A stretch of DNA of 64,000 nt from an uncultured Pseudomonadota bacterium (GCA_963843375.1 CAWJKT010000011.1:192001-256000); one strand, 5' to 3'; counted from the first letter of the stretch, positions 29,219 to 38,179 are shown. Made by a program: numbers and translations. The notes: a model not told the origin generated them from the letters alone.

Positions 29219-29428
29219 ATGGGAAGGTTTCATTACAATCCGAAAGGATATCCCGTCTGGAATGACAGTGGAAAATTGGTTCATAGAACTGTGGCCAAAC
29301 CCAAAGGGAATCAAGTCACCCATCATATCGATGGGAATCCCAAGAACTTCAGAAGAGACAATCTGGTCAATATGAGCCCAAGTGAACATGCGAAACTTCA
29401 TGCGAGAGAAAGAAGGCGGCCTATGTGA
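29219..29428 (+). CDS. Minimal HNH (HNH_3-like) protein
   Basis: VHR.VA...HHIDGN..N...NL......EH..LH; AAGGAG RBS. Confidence 0.7.
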   Translation: MGRFHYNPKGYPVWNDSGKLVHRTVAKPKGNQVTHHIDGNPKNFRRDNLVNMSPSEHAKLHARERRRPM

Positions 29429-29529
29429 AGGCCTAGAAAGGGTTTGGGGCAAGGCCCCAGGAGAAGGGGGTGTGCCGAGGATCGGCAAAGCCAGCCGAGG
29501 CCAGGGGGAAGGCTTTCCCCCCAAAGAAA

Positions 29530-31158
29530 TTATTTTTTAGGATAAAGATTTCTAATTATTTTTGGGATATTTACTTGAGCTAGATATGTTTCGCAAAACT
29601 CAGCCGCTCTCGGATTCTCTTTTAAAACGTCTCTGGTGAATAAAATCAGTGATTCTTCCTTCAAATTACGAACCAAATCCGCGAAAACTTCACCTACATG
29701 CCAACGATTATGGGATAAAGCAAGTATGGGCAGGCGTTTTAATATTAGAAAATGGATTTCATTATCTGTGGTCCAGTTGAATATTTTTTTGTAAAGGTTG
29801 GCGATTACATCACAGTAATCAAACCCGACCTCATCGATGTAAGAATCGTAAGATTTTAAAACCTGTTTAAATATCGTTGGTTGTTTTTCAATCATACATT
29901 TAAAAATTGGTTCTGGAATTTTTGGAAATATTTGAATCATTGCATCGGAGTTATCTGTAACGTCCAAAATTGACTTAGCAAAATCTTCGATTTCTTTGTT
30001 AGATATACGCTCTTTGTCTTTGAGTTCTCTCGCAGTTTTCAAAATACTCTCTGCGGATTTTTCAAACTCGAAACCGTCTCCGAGTAGTAAATTTAAATCT
30101 TTTAAAAACACTTGAACACTTTGGTATCTCTGCTTCGGGTCACTGTGAGTTGCTTTATTAATTAAATAGAAAAATTTTCTTGGGATTAAATCAAAATCCA
30201 AAGTGGGGTATGGACTTTTACCAGAAAGTATTTGATACAGAAGTTTTCCTAAGGAATAAATATCAGCAGGTTCTCTGGCGCTTTTGGCGTCTTCCCATTG
30301 TTCAGGGGCGACGTATCCTATTGTTCCAATAGGAAAATTAGAAAGTGTTACGGAGGGAGAATCTCGATCAATAAATTTCCCTAAACCGAAATCCGAAATA
30401 GTCGGGAAAAGACCTTTGCCTTCCTGATTTGGAAAAAGCAATACGTTTAATGGTTTCAAATCCCTGTGAATAACGCCTTTGGAATGGGCAAATGAAACGC
30501 CCTCAGCTATTTGTAAAAAAAGAGGAATTTGTTTTTCTCCGTGGTTCTTTTTTAAATATTCCTCTAAGTTAAAGTATGCTTTTGGCATTACAAACCAGGG
30601 AAGTGAAGCTTCAAGGTCCATATCTAAAATGGGAACAATATTTTTGTGCTTTAATTGGGATTGAATTCTTACCTCTCTTTTAAATCGCCTAACATCTTCC
30701 TCTTCGTGATCCTCTTTTAAAAACTTCATTGCGTAAATAGTTCCGTCTTTTCCAACAGCTTCATATACTTCACCAAAGCCACCATTGCCAATTAAGCTCT
30801 TCAAGGAATATAGATTTCTTTTTGGGCTTGAGGGTTTTTGGGATTCTTTTTCTTTGTCCGAGTAGTTCTTCTGAACAACAAATTCGACTGAAACAACTTC
30901 TGGTTCATGATCTTGAAGAGGATATATGCCACGCACCATTTCAAGAATTAGTTTTTGGTCCTCAACGCTAATTTTTTTTGTTTTAACGTAATCTTTTGGA
31001 GGAAGGTAAATGATGAAATCTGAGATTAAGGAAAATAACCGGCTTCCATATTGGTTTGATACCCGTAATTCGCTTGAGGCATCTTCAAAGATTTCCGATA
31101 AATCTTCACGGCCTTCCGCGTTCAAAAGATCAATAAGAGTTTTTATATCTTCATCCAT
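29530..31158 (-). CDS. Hanks-type Ser/Thr protein kinase with extra N- and C-terminal domains
   Basis: GNGGFGEV, AMK, HRDLKPLN, DFG and GT.GY.APEQ; no TM segment. Confidence 0.92.
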   Translation of the reverse strand: MDEDIKTLIDLLNAEGREDLSEIFEDASSELRVSNQYGSRLFSLISDFIIYLPPKDYVKTKKISVEDQKLILEMVRGIYPLQDHEPEVVSVEFVVQKNYSDKEKESQKPSSPKRNLYSLKSLIGNGGFGEVYEAVGKDGTIYAMKFLKEDHEEEDVRRFKREVRIQSQLKHKNIVPILDMDLEASLPWFVMPKAYFNLEEYLKKNHGEKQIPLFLQIAEGVSFAHSKGVIHRDLKPLNVLLFPNQEGKGLFPTISDFGLGKFIDRDSPSVTLSNFPIGTIGYVAPEQWEDAKSAREPADIYSLGKLLYQILSGKSPYPTLDFDLIPRKFFYLINKATHSDPKQRYQSVQVFLKDLNLLLGDGFEFEKSAESILKTARELKDKERISNKEIEDFAKSILDVTDNSDAMIQIFPKIPEPIFKCMIEKQPTIFKQVLKSYDSYIDEVGFDYCDVIANLYKKIFNWTTDNEIHFLILKRLPILALSHNRWHVGEVFADLVRNLKEESLILFTRDVLKENPRAAEFCETYLAQVNIPKIIRNLYPKK

Positions 31159-31185
31159 AATTTTCTCTTTTTTATGAAAGGAGTT

Positions 31186-32100
31186 TTACAGGTCTAATAC
31201 TTTCCTTAAACGGGTGGATTGTTCTTGTCGCTTCTTAGCGGTCATTCGGCGGATATTTTCAAGCTTCCACCGCAAACCCGGCAATCGCTCGATGTCAGGC
31301 AAGCCTAAGAGGTTCCAATCTGGTTCTCCATCCTTGAGAGACAGCAAAAACTTCTTTTCCGAAACGGTCAAGCTTTTATGGATAAGGCGAAGTAATTCAT
31401 CCCTGGTTTCCACCAAATGTTTTAGGTCAATGGGTTCAAGGGTCATCCCTTTGAATTCTTTTTCAAAGGTGGGCTTCATGTCCTTCAATTTAGGCTTAAG
31501 CAGTTCATTCATGGGTCTGTCGTGGCTTGCTAGGTAAATAACAAACGCCCGACGGATTTCATCAGTCAATCCCTCGTTCTCCAATAGAAGTTTAATATCA
31601 AAAAAATCTCTTGGGTGTTGGCGGTCCAGGGCCGCGCAAATTTTTCCGCCGTAAAGATCGGCCAAAGATAAGAGCCGCGCGGATACCGAAAGCTCAAACA
31701 TTTCCTCGGCCTTATGGCAAAGGGTGGCTTGGACAGGGGGATAAATGGTCCCTCTTAGAACTAAGTTAGGCTCAACCTTAATCGTGGCTTCTTGGTGCCG
31801 GACGGTTAGTTTTACCGTGTGGTCGGTGCCTTTTAGTCGTTGTTCTTCGACTTGTGCACCCAAGACCCGTCTGACCTGGGTGGCGACTTCCTTGAGCGAC
31901 TTTGAAATATCAGCCAGGGCTTCTTCCCTGGTATTCAGCGGAAGATAGGTAAGGTCGATATCAACCGAAAGCCTCGGCATATCCCGGACGAAAAGATTGA
32001 TGGCCGTGCCGCCCTTTAAGGCAAAGTGGCCTGACTTTTCAACGTAGGGTAATACCTGTAAAAGAAGCTTCGCTTGCTTGAAGTAACCCGTGTCTTTCAT
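31186..32100 (-). CDS. AbiEii/AbiGii nucleotidyltransferase toxin (type IV TA)
   Basis: LKGGTAINLF...PRLSVDIDL and GKICAALDRQHPRD.FD. Confidence 0.92.
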   Translation of the reverse strand: MKDTGYFKQAKLLLQVLPYVEKSGHFALKGGTAINLFVRDMPRLSVDIDLTYLPLNTREEALADISKSLKEVATQVRRVLGAQVEEQRLKGTDHTVKLTVRHQEATIKVEPNLVLRGTIYPPVQATLCHKAEEMFELSVSARLLSLADLYGGKICAALDRQHPRDFFDIKLLLENEGLTDEIRRAFVIYLASHDRPMNELLKPKLKDMKPTFEKEFKGMTLEPIDLKHLVETRDELLRLIHKSLTVSEKKFLLSLKDGEPDWNLLGLPDIERLPGLRWKLENIRRMTAKKRQEQSTRLRKVLDL

Positions 32101-32882
32101 GTGGCACTCACAAGGGATTTGGCGGGAACGGTGATTTTGTATTTGGGGTCGAACGTGCCGCCCGGCACCACAACCCTTTTGCCTTTCCCTAAGTCCACTT
32201 TTGAAAGGTTAAGACGTTGGAACCAAGAGTGGTTGCTTGCTCGGCCATATAAAGGAAACACCGCTTCACTTTGACGGATTGGCAGGCTTTTAAGAGGGTC
32301 GTCACCAAGTCCGGCCTTAAAGTGGAAAGGCCTTCCATCAAATGGGCCGCGCCTTCAAAAGTTGTTTGTTGGGGCATTAACAGCAGGGTTTCGAGCATGG
32401 CCCTTTCGGGGGAGGAGAGGGTTATACCGGCTTGCTCGTCCTCGGTAAAACCGAATTCCTTTTTGTAGGGGAGAAAATCCGTTGTTTGGTATTGGATCTT
32501 ATTGGCCCAATTAAATTTGAGAAACCAGGAGGGTGGTTTTACCCCTTGGGGGCCAAAGAGATAGACGGGACGGTATGGAATTCATGGGAGCGGTATGGCC
32601 GTAACCATGCCACCGCAAGGCGGTTTCACCCCCGGCATGGATAGGGAGGTTAAGCTGTTGTTGGAGGGTGTAGAGGCCACCCGGCCAAAGGGGCTTAACC
32701 CCTCCTTCGGTTTTGTAAAAGGCTCCGCCACCGGCTGACTTTAGCCAACCGCCTTTTACATATTCCCGGGCTAAAAACCGACTAACGCCTTTTTGGGTTA
32801 GCCACTTTTGAGTGACCATGCCACCATGGCGGGGCCATTCGGTGAGAATTTGGTTTATTTTGCTTTTGTTTTGTGTAGTCAT
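32097..32882 (-). CDS. AbiEi-family antitoxin, interrupted by two apparent frameshifts
   Basis: K.N.....WP...GGETAL..HG (32511..32882); then SSPERAMLE...GLSTLRP...SVKVKR; then DLGKGKR...G..D.KY.ITVP ending in an ATGA overlap with abiEii. Confidence 0.8.
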
Positions 32883-33378
32883 ACTGCACATATTAGCATA
32901 ATATTAAACTTTTGACGGACTTTGGTTTATTTAAGCCTTAAAATGTGAGGTTAATATACACAAAATAGAATATTTCTAAACCATTTTCCTATTTTGTGTC
33001 ATTTTCTTGATTAGGAAAATAGCTGTTTTTAGGAAAGTTATCAAACCTTTAAAAAATGGTGACCACGGAACAACTAGGCTTTGTAAGAAAAACTACTATG
33101 TTTTTCTTACATGAAAACCAGTCGAAAAAAGAAGAAAGGCATTTCACAAACAGTCCACGGGCTACTTCTAACTCATTGAATGACACCGTTATGACAAGGG
33201 AAGAATTTTAATTGTGGTTTAAGGGTCAGACTCCGACCACAAGAGCACATCGACACCCCCGAAAATAAGGCTTTAAAAGTTCAGTGGACTTTTTGTCCAG
33301 TGGGCTTGTGTACAAGTCAAAATTGCCAAAGCCTTTAGAGTGTCATAACCGTGTCATTCATGACCATCATTTCGAGGT

Positions 33379-33412
33379 CTTGACCGTCAGGTGGGGAACT
33401 TGACCGTCAGGT
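33379..33412. repeat. 14-bp direct repeat pair with 20-bp period near the right att site
   Basis: CTTGACCGTCAGGT at 33379-33392 and 33399-33412. Confidence 0.8.
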
Positions 33413-33414
33413 AC

Positions 33415-33458
33415 AAAAAAAGCCCTTGCCGTAAGGTCATTACTGGCAAAGGCTTTTA
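33415..33458 (-). terminator. Hairpin plus T-run on the minus strand, just inside the element
   Basis: Minus strand AAAAGCCTTTGCCAGTAA tgacc TTACGGCAAGGGCTTTTTT. Confidence 0.55.
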
Positions 33459-33513
33459 AAACGCGCTGAGAGCAACGAAATTTTTTGGAAAATGTCGGGA
33501 GTGCCCGGACCAA

Positions 33514-33554
33514 ATTTCAAGTCCACTGCCTTACCAATTAGGACTAACCCTCCA
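33514..33554. repeat. att site (right copy; displaced 5' half of tRNA-Ser(TGA))
   Basis: 41/41 match to 14596-14636; identity ends just past the anticodon loop. Confidence 0.95.
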
Positions 33555-33723
33555 ACCGGCCCAATTGTACCTTTTTTCCGCCAGCCAAGTCAGGGGGCCA
33601 TATTGTACCCAAATTTCCAGGAGGAACAACCAATTTGACATTAAAGCTCTGTTTAACAATGGAAAAGGGTTTGGGCCAAAGTTCCCTAAAGAGGGGACAG
33701 GCAGGGGTACCAAAATTAACCCG

Positions 33724-34698
33724 CTATTCTATTTTTTTACCATCAGGGGAAAAATCATCGCTCTTGGACATATCGAAGCTGTAAATCCCAATAAATAAAC
33801 CGGATCGCCTCACCACTCGAATTCGGTCCAATTGATCTAACCGGGGGTAAACGGCTCTGACCGTCTGAATAACCTTTTGGTCCTCCGCCTGGCAATAATC
33901 CGTATCCTCAAATTTCTTTTTTTCCAGGAAACCGCTAACAATGAGTGTTTTCACCGTGTTGCCAGAATTTTTCCCAATGTTGAGCTTAATCTGGACGGAA
34001 GTTAAGTCGGTTGAGCGGGCGACAGCTTGCTGAGTTTTGAGAAGATCTACAAAGGACATCCCCATGTTTTTCAAGAAAGTATGAGAAGTAATAAAAATCA
34101 CCCCCAATGCGATCAAGGAACTCAGTATCCAAAGAAGGTAAGCGTTACGAACTCCTTCCGGGTTCCGTTCTTCTACGTTCATCAGTTCTTTCGTATAAGA
34201 TCCTTTTCGAACCACAATTGAACCTGCGATTAAATCATGGAGCCCCCTCTTCAAGGGATGGAACGGAATCATGAAAATGCAACCGAATAAAAGAATAATA
34301 ATGAAAGCCAAAAAAATGTAATCAACAATCTCTGAATCAGGAAATAACAAGCCGAGGACCGTTCCAAAGGAACTGTTGTACGCAATCAAAGCGATGAGGG
34401 TGTAACGCAAAAACGATTTGGGAAGACTCAAGTAACCTCCATCGAGCCTAAGAACTTGTATTTTAAGAATTTTTTTTGCCAAGCTTTGACCCTCTCCCAA
34501 AGAACTCTGAAGAAGACCTGTATAAAAAAAGGAAACAACCAACCCAACCCATAAACCATTTTGCCCCATAGCGTAAAAAATGCCCGAAAAGGGTAGACAT
34601 AAGACCGCCCCGAAAATAGCCAGGAAAAATGCGTCTATTATGTCCGAGAGCAATCTTTTCCAAAAGCCGACAACCACAGGCGTATCCAGCCTTTTCAT
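33724..34698 (-). CDS. RDD family membrane protein
   Basis: GFWKRLLS.IID, GQSLAK..LKI.V, ..R. and RGLHDLIAGS.VV. Confidence 0.88.
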   Translation of the reverse strand: MKRLDTPVVVGFWKRLLSDIIDAFFLAIFGAVLCLPFSGIFYAMGQNGLWVGLVVSFFYTGLLQSSLGEGQSLAKKILKIQVLRLDGGYLSLPKSFLRYTLIALIAYNSSFGTVLGLLFPDSEIVDYIFLAFIIILLFGCIFMIPFHPLKRGLHDLIAGSIVVRKGSYTKELMNVEERNPEGVRNAYLLWILSSLIALGVIFITSHTFLKNMGMSFVDLLKTQQAVARSTDLTSVQIKLNIGKNSGNTVKTLIVSGFLEKKKFEDTDYCQAEDQKVIQTVRAVYPRLDQLDRIRVVRRSGLFIGIYSFDMSKSDDFSPDGKKIE

Positions 34699-35060
34699 TT
34701 TTTTCCTTAATTTTGGTTTAGAAGTTCATCCTGCAAAAGCGCCAACTTGCTTTTGGTTTATGTGATTGTAACCTTCGATCCAATTATCAGCTAACAATGC
34801 CCAACTTTCAGCCACTTCTTTCACGGGGTTTTATAGAAGTTTGGGGCAAAGCCCAAGGAGAAGGAAATGTGTCGAAGATGACGGAAGGTAGCCGGGGCTG
34901 GGGGAAGGTTGATAAAGGAAAGTTTGTTAGGAACCCCAATTGGGGGACCAATATTTAAGCCGGCTTAATTGGTAGCTATAAAATATTTTTCCGTCATAAA
35001 AGGGAAGCTCAAGCCAGGATCATCCGGGGGCGGCCCATCCGCCCCCGGATAGGACCTTTC

Positions 35061-35315
35061 TTACGGTCGATGGTCGTGGTAGTGATGATGGTAGGGGTGC
35101 CTGCGACAATAACGGCCCCAGGCCGCCCGGCTGTAATAATGCCCACCGTACCAGCAGTAGATGCCGGGACGGCCGGAAATCACCCGGAATCCCGGGAAGG
35201 CCACTGTGGCGGCCACCGGTGGGCCGTCAACGGCCACGACGACCTCCACGGCGGAGGCTGTACCGATAGTGCCAAATAAAACCAACAATCCCAAAACCAA
35301 AGTAAGCTTTTTCAT
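35061..35315 (-). CDS. Small secreted hypothetical protein
   Basis: GAGGAGG RBS, signal peptide MKKL...ASA, Tyr/His/Arg-rich tail. Confidence 0.6.
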   Translation of the reverse strand: MKKLTLVLGLLVLFGTIGTASAVEVVVAVDGPPVAATVAFPGFRVISGRPGIYCWYGGHYYSRAAWGRYCRRHPYHHHYHDHRP

Positions 35316-35684
35316 TGTTTCCTCCTCGAAGGCTTATTTTGTCCTTCACTAGTTGAGACGAAAGAAGGGGCCCGAAGGGTTTCATGGGAAAATAAGGGTT
35401 TTTTATAAAATATTTCGGACCTATGCACTTGGCGAACCTTGTTCTAATGACGTATCTAGGCATTAGGCCGTTTCTTAATTACACAATAAGGCGATATCGT
35501 GTAATTAAGAATTTACTTAATAGAAGTTGATGCTTTAGATTTTTATGACATCCTTTAATAAGCGGGTTCGTTATTAAAGGATCAGGTTTTAACCTTTAAT
35601 AATATCCCTCGAAATAGAGGTGGGAAGCGGTTAGTAAATGATCAAGGCCGATCCAAGTTTGAAATCCAAAACGAGGTGGTGGAA

Positions 35685-36083
35685 ATGAAAACCATTATTC
35701 ACAAGGTTAAATTTAAGGCTTCACCACAAGAAGTATTCAATTTATTCCTGGATTCAAAAAAACATTCCGAGGCAACGGGCGCTAAAGCCACCGCTAACCG
35801 CAAGATTGGCGGATCTTTTACGGCCTGGGACGGATATATCCGGGGGAAAAACCTGGCAATCATTCCCGGCCGTATGATCACCCAAGCCTGGAGGACCAGC
35901 GAGTTCAAAAATAGCGACCACGATTCGGTTTTGGTGCTGACTTTTGAGAAGGCACCCGGTGGAACCCTCATGACTATGACGCACACCGCCGTTCCAGATC
36001 ATCGGGCACCTCATTTCAACAAAGGCTGGCGCGACCACTATTGGAAGCCCATTCATAAATATCTGAAATTGAAGAAAAAATAA
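35685..36083 (+). CDS. SRPBCC / AHSA1-like domain protein
   Basis: GG.F..WDG.I.G....I.Q.WR and GW..HYW.P. Confidence 0.85.
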   Translation: MKTIIHKVKFKASPQEVFNLFLDSKKHSEATGAKATANRKIGGSFTAWDGYIRGKNLAIIPGRMITQAWRTSEFKNSDHDSVLVLTFEKAPGGTLMTMTHTAVPDHRAPHFNKGWRDHYWKPIHKYLKLKKK

Positions 36084-36182
36084 ATTCCCTCTTCCCTGAC
36101 ACTTACGGATCCTCAAGATTCATTAAAAACAGGTGCGAGTTTTTCCTTTCAATCCCAGAACTTTTTTACCAAGGAGATTTAA

Positions 36183-36644
36183 ATGCCTCACATCCACGAC
36201 AAAATTGATTTCACTGTTTCGATTTTTATCGTCAAGAACCAAAAAGTCCTCTTCGTTTTCCATAAACAATTGAACCGTTGGCTTCCCATTGGAGGACATA
36301 TTGAACTGGATGAGAATCCCGAAGAGGCGGCAATCCGGGAATCCCGGGAGGAAAGCGGCTTGGAGGTGGAACTGGTTGGCGACCGCCCTTCCATAGAAAA
36401 GGAAGAGGGATTTATTCCTCTCTTAAATACCCAATACCTGGACATCCATCTAATCAAAAAACCGCACTGGCATATCGGAATGGTTTATTTCGCCCGGGTG
36501 AAATCCGGTGAGGTGAAATTAAACGTTGAGGAACACAAAGATATCCAGTGGTTGGGGGAGAAGGATTTGGAAGATCCAAAGTGGGACTTATCAAAGCCGC
36601 TCAAATTCTATGCTCAACAAGCGATCAAAAAGGTTTCCGCCTGA
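36183..36644 (+). CDS. NUDIX hydrolase
   Basis: GGHIE..E.PEEAAIRESREESGL Nudix box. Confidence 0.9.
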   Translation: MPHIHDKIDFTVSIFIVKNQKVLFVFHKQLNRWLPIGGHIELDENPEEAAIRESREESGLEVELVGDRPSIEKEEGFIPLLNTQYLDIHLIKKPHWHIGMVYFARVKSGEVKLNVEEHKDIQWLGEKDLEDPKWDLSKPLKFYAQQAIKKVSA

Positions 36645-36647
36645 ATT

Positions 36648-37190
36648 TTAATGGATCTTGTGAACCTTGATCTGGCTGACCAGCATTTTCAGTTGTTTGG
36701 CCGCGTCGAAGATGCGATCATCCCGGTAAAACTCCCCGTAATATATATTCTTGATCCCCGCGTTGGCCACGATCTTGAAGCAGTTCCAACAAGGCGACGC
36801 GGTGATGTAAATGTCGGCGCCATCCACCCTAACCCCATTTTTGGCAGCTTGGATGATGGCATTGGCCTCGGCATGAATGGTTGCGACGCAATGACCATCC
36901 TCCATCATATGCCCCAAATCGTCACAATGGGGTAGACCCCGCACGCTTCCGTTATAGCCGGTGGAGAGAATGGTCTTGTCACGAACAATGACGGCTCCCA
37001 CGTGTTTTCGGTCACAGGTGGAACGAGTCGCCACTTCCGCGGCGATATTCATGAAATACTGGTGCCAATCCACACGAGTGCGTTTGGAAGTTTTGTTTGT
37101 GGTTTTTTTCAAGCGAGAAACGGGAGTTTTGCGGTTTTTTAGGCGATGGAAGTGATCTCTCTTAAATTTGATATTCATTCGTGAAGCCAT
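36648..37190 (-). CDS. dCMP deaminase / ComEB family
   Basis: RSTC.R..VGA, TGYNG, HAEANA and PC..C. Confidence 0.9.
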   Translation of the reverse strand: MASRMNIKFKRDHFHRLKNRKTPVSRLKKTTNKTSKRTRVDWHQYFMNIAAEVATRSTCDRKHVGAVIVRDKTILSTGYNGSVRGLPHCDDLGHMMEDGHCVATIHAEANAIIQAAKNGVRVDGADIYITASPCWNCFKIVANAGIKNIYYGEFYRDDRIFDAAKQLKMLVSQIKVHKIH

Positions 37191-37201
37191 GAAGCTCCTT
37201 C

Positions 37202-38044
37202 TTACCTGGGGTCTACCGCGTAAATTTGAATTTTTCGGTTTGGATGCCAGTGTTCCTTAGAATCGGCCAACCGGGGGAGCCCTTCGGCGTCTCCGGTGTT
37301 TATCCAGGTGTGAGTTTCCAACTGGCGGCAAATATTGGTAAATATATAAGCGGACAAGCCTTTGACCGTCAAGTCCGTAACTTCAAGGTAGATCCCATAA
37401 GTTTCCAAGCCCAAGGAAGCCCCAAGGGAGTATGCGGCCAAGCGGTTTTCCAGCATGACCACCCAGGCATCCATGCCCCAATTATCGCCTTGCATGAGGG
37501 CGCGATAGTGTGCCTTTTGGGCAGAAAGCAACATAGTTTCTCCTATTTCCCCTTTGAGGCCGGGTAAGCGTTGCTTTTTCCAAATTTCAAACAAGTTTCG
37601 GCAAGATTCAAGATCGCTTATTCGGTAAGGTCTTAGGACTACCGAGTGTTCCTTTAATAAATAATTTATCTCAGCCCTTTTGGCTCGGTACGAATCACCA
37701 TGAAGGCCAGCTAATAGACTTCGGTCATAAAGATATTCCGCGCAGACAGGTCGAGTAGAAAATCCCCATTCCTCAGCTTGCTTTTTTTGTTCTTCGGTCA
37801 AACCTTCAATACGAGAAATACCCGGGCCCGGGCCATTCAACTTTTTCATGTAGGCAAATGCAGTTTTTAGATTATCCACCGTGAAGGGTTTTGGCGGAAT
37901 TGGAAAGTAAACATACTTATCATAGAAAGCGAGGATGGAATTAAAGCCGCTTTTGGTAGCCAAGGCATAAGCGAACTCATCCTGCCACATAAGAAACGAA
38001 GGAAGGGAAGAAGACAAGGCGGGAGCGGGGGAAAAAACGGCCAA
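37202..38044 (-). CDS. DUF2156 / phosphatidylglycerol lysyltransferase-like GNAT-fold protein (N-terminus uncertain)
   Basis: EYLY....L..L.G..Y..KR..IN and IN..DA.G...L...K....P. Confidence 0.7.
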   Translation of the reverse strand: MAVFSPAPALSSSLPSFLMWQDEFAYALATKSGFNSILAFYDKYVYFPIPPKPFTVDNLKTAFAYMKKLNGPGPGISRIEGLTEEQKKQAEEWGFSTRPVCAEYLYDRSLLAGLHGDSYRAKRAEINYLLKEHSVVLRPYRISDLESCRNLFEIWKKQRLPGLKGEIGETMLLSAQKAHYRALMQGDNWGMDAWVVMLENRLAAYSLGASLGLETYGIYLEVTDLTVKGLSAYIFTNICRQLETHTWINTGDAEGLPRLADSKEHWHPNRKIQIYAVDPR

Positions 38045-38140
38045 AGCCTGTTCCAGGCTAGCGTTCAGCGGTTCCAGCGAATCAAAAAAACTGGCATGAG
38101 ACTTGAGAAATTAAGGGCAAGGGTTTATCCGTAAAATAAA

Positions 38141-38170
38141 AATCCCAGGCGGTTTAGGCCGCCTGGGAAT
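38141..38170 (-). terminator. Intrinsic terminator after the NERD gene
   Basis: TCCCAGGCGG ttagg-type loop CCGCCTGGGA, with an A-run on the left (T-run on the minus strand). Confidence 0.6.
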
Positions 38171-38179
38171 CAACTTGAG

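Larger units (their letters stand above)
14596..33554. mobile_element. Integrative mobilizable element / defence island in tRNA-Ser(TGA)
   Basis: Perfect 41-bp direct repeats at both ends; integrase, Xis-like HTH, relaxase and T4CP at one end; AT-rich defence-type cargo. Confidence 0.92.

Noticed and set aside
29219..29428. Homing endonuclease in a group I intron
   Set aside because: No interrupted host gene or intron core seen; it has its own RBS.
33340..33460. CRISPR array
   Set aside because: Only two 14-bp repeats with a 6-bp gap and no cas genes; better explained as att accessory sites.
14596..33554. Prophage
   Set aside because: No terminase, capsid, tail or lysis genes; relaxase plus T4CP indicate a mobilizable element.
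36183..37190. NUDIX plus dCMP deaminase as nucleotide-depletion defence
   Set aside because: Outside the att sites, convergent, host-like composition and typical housekeeping size.
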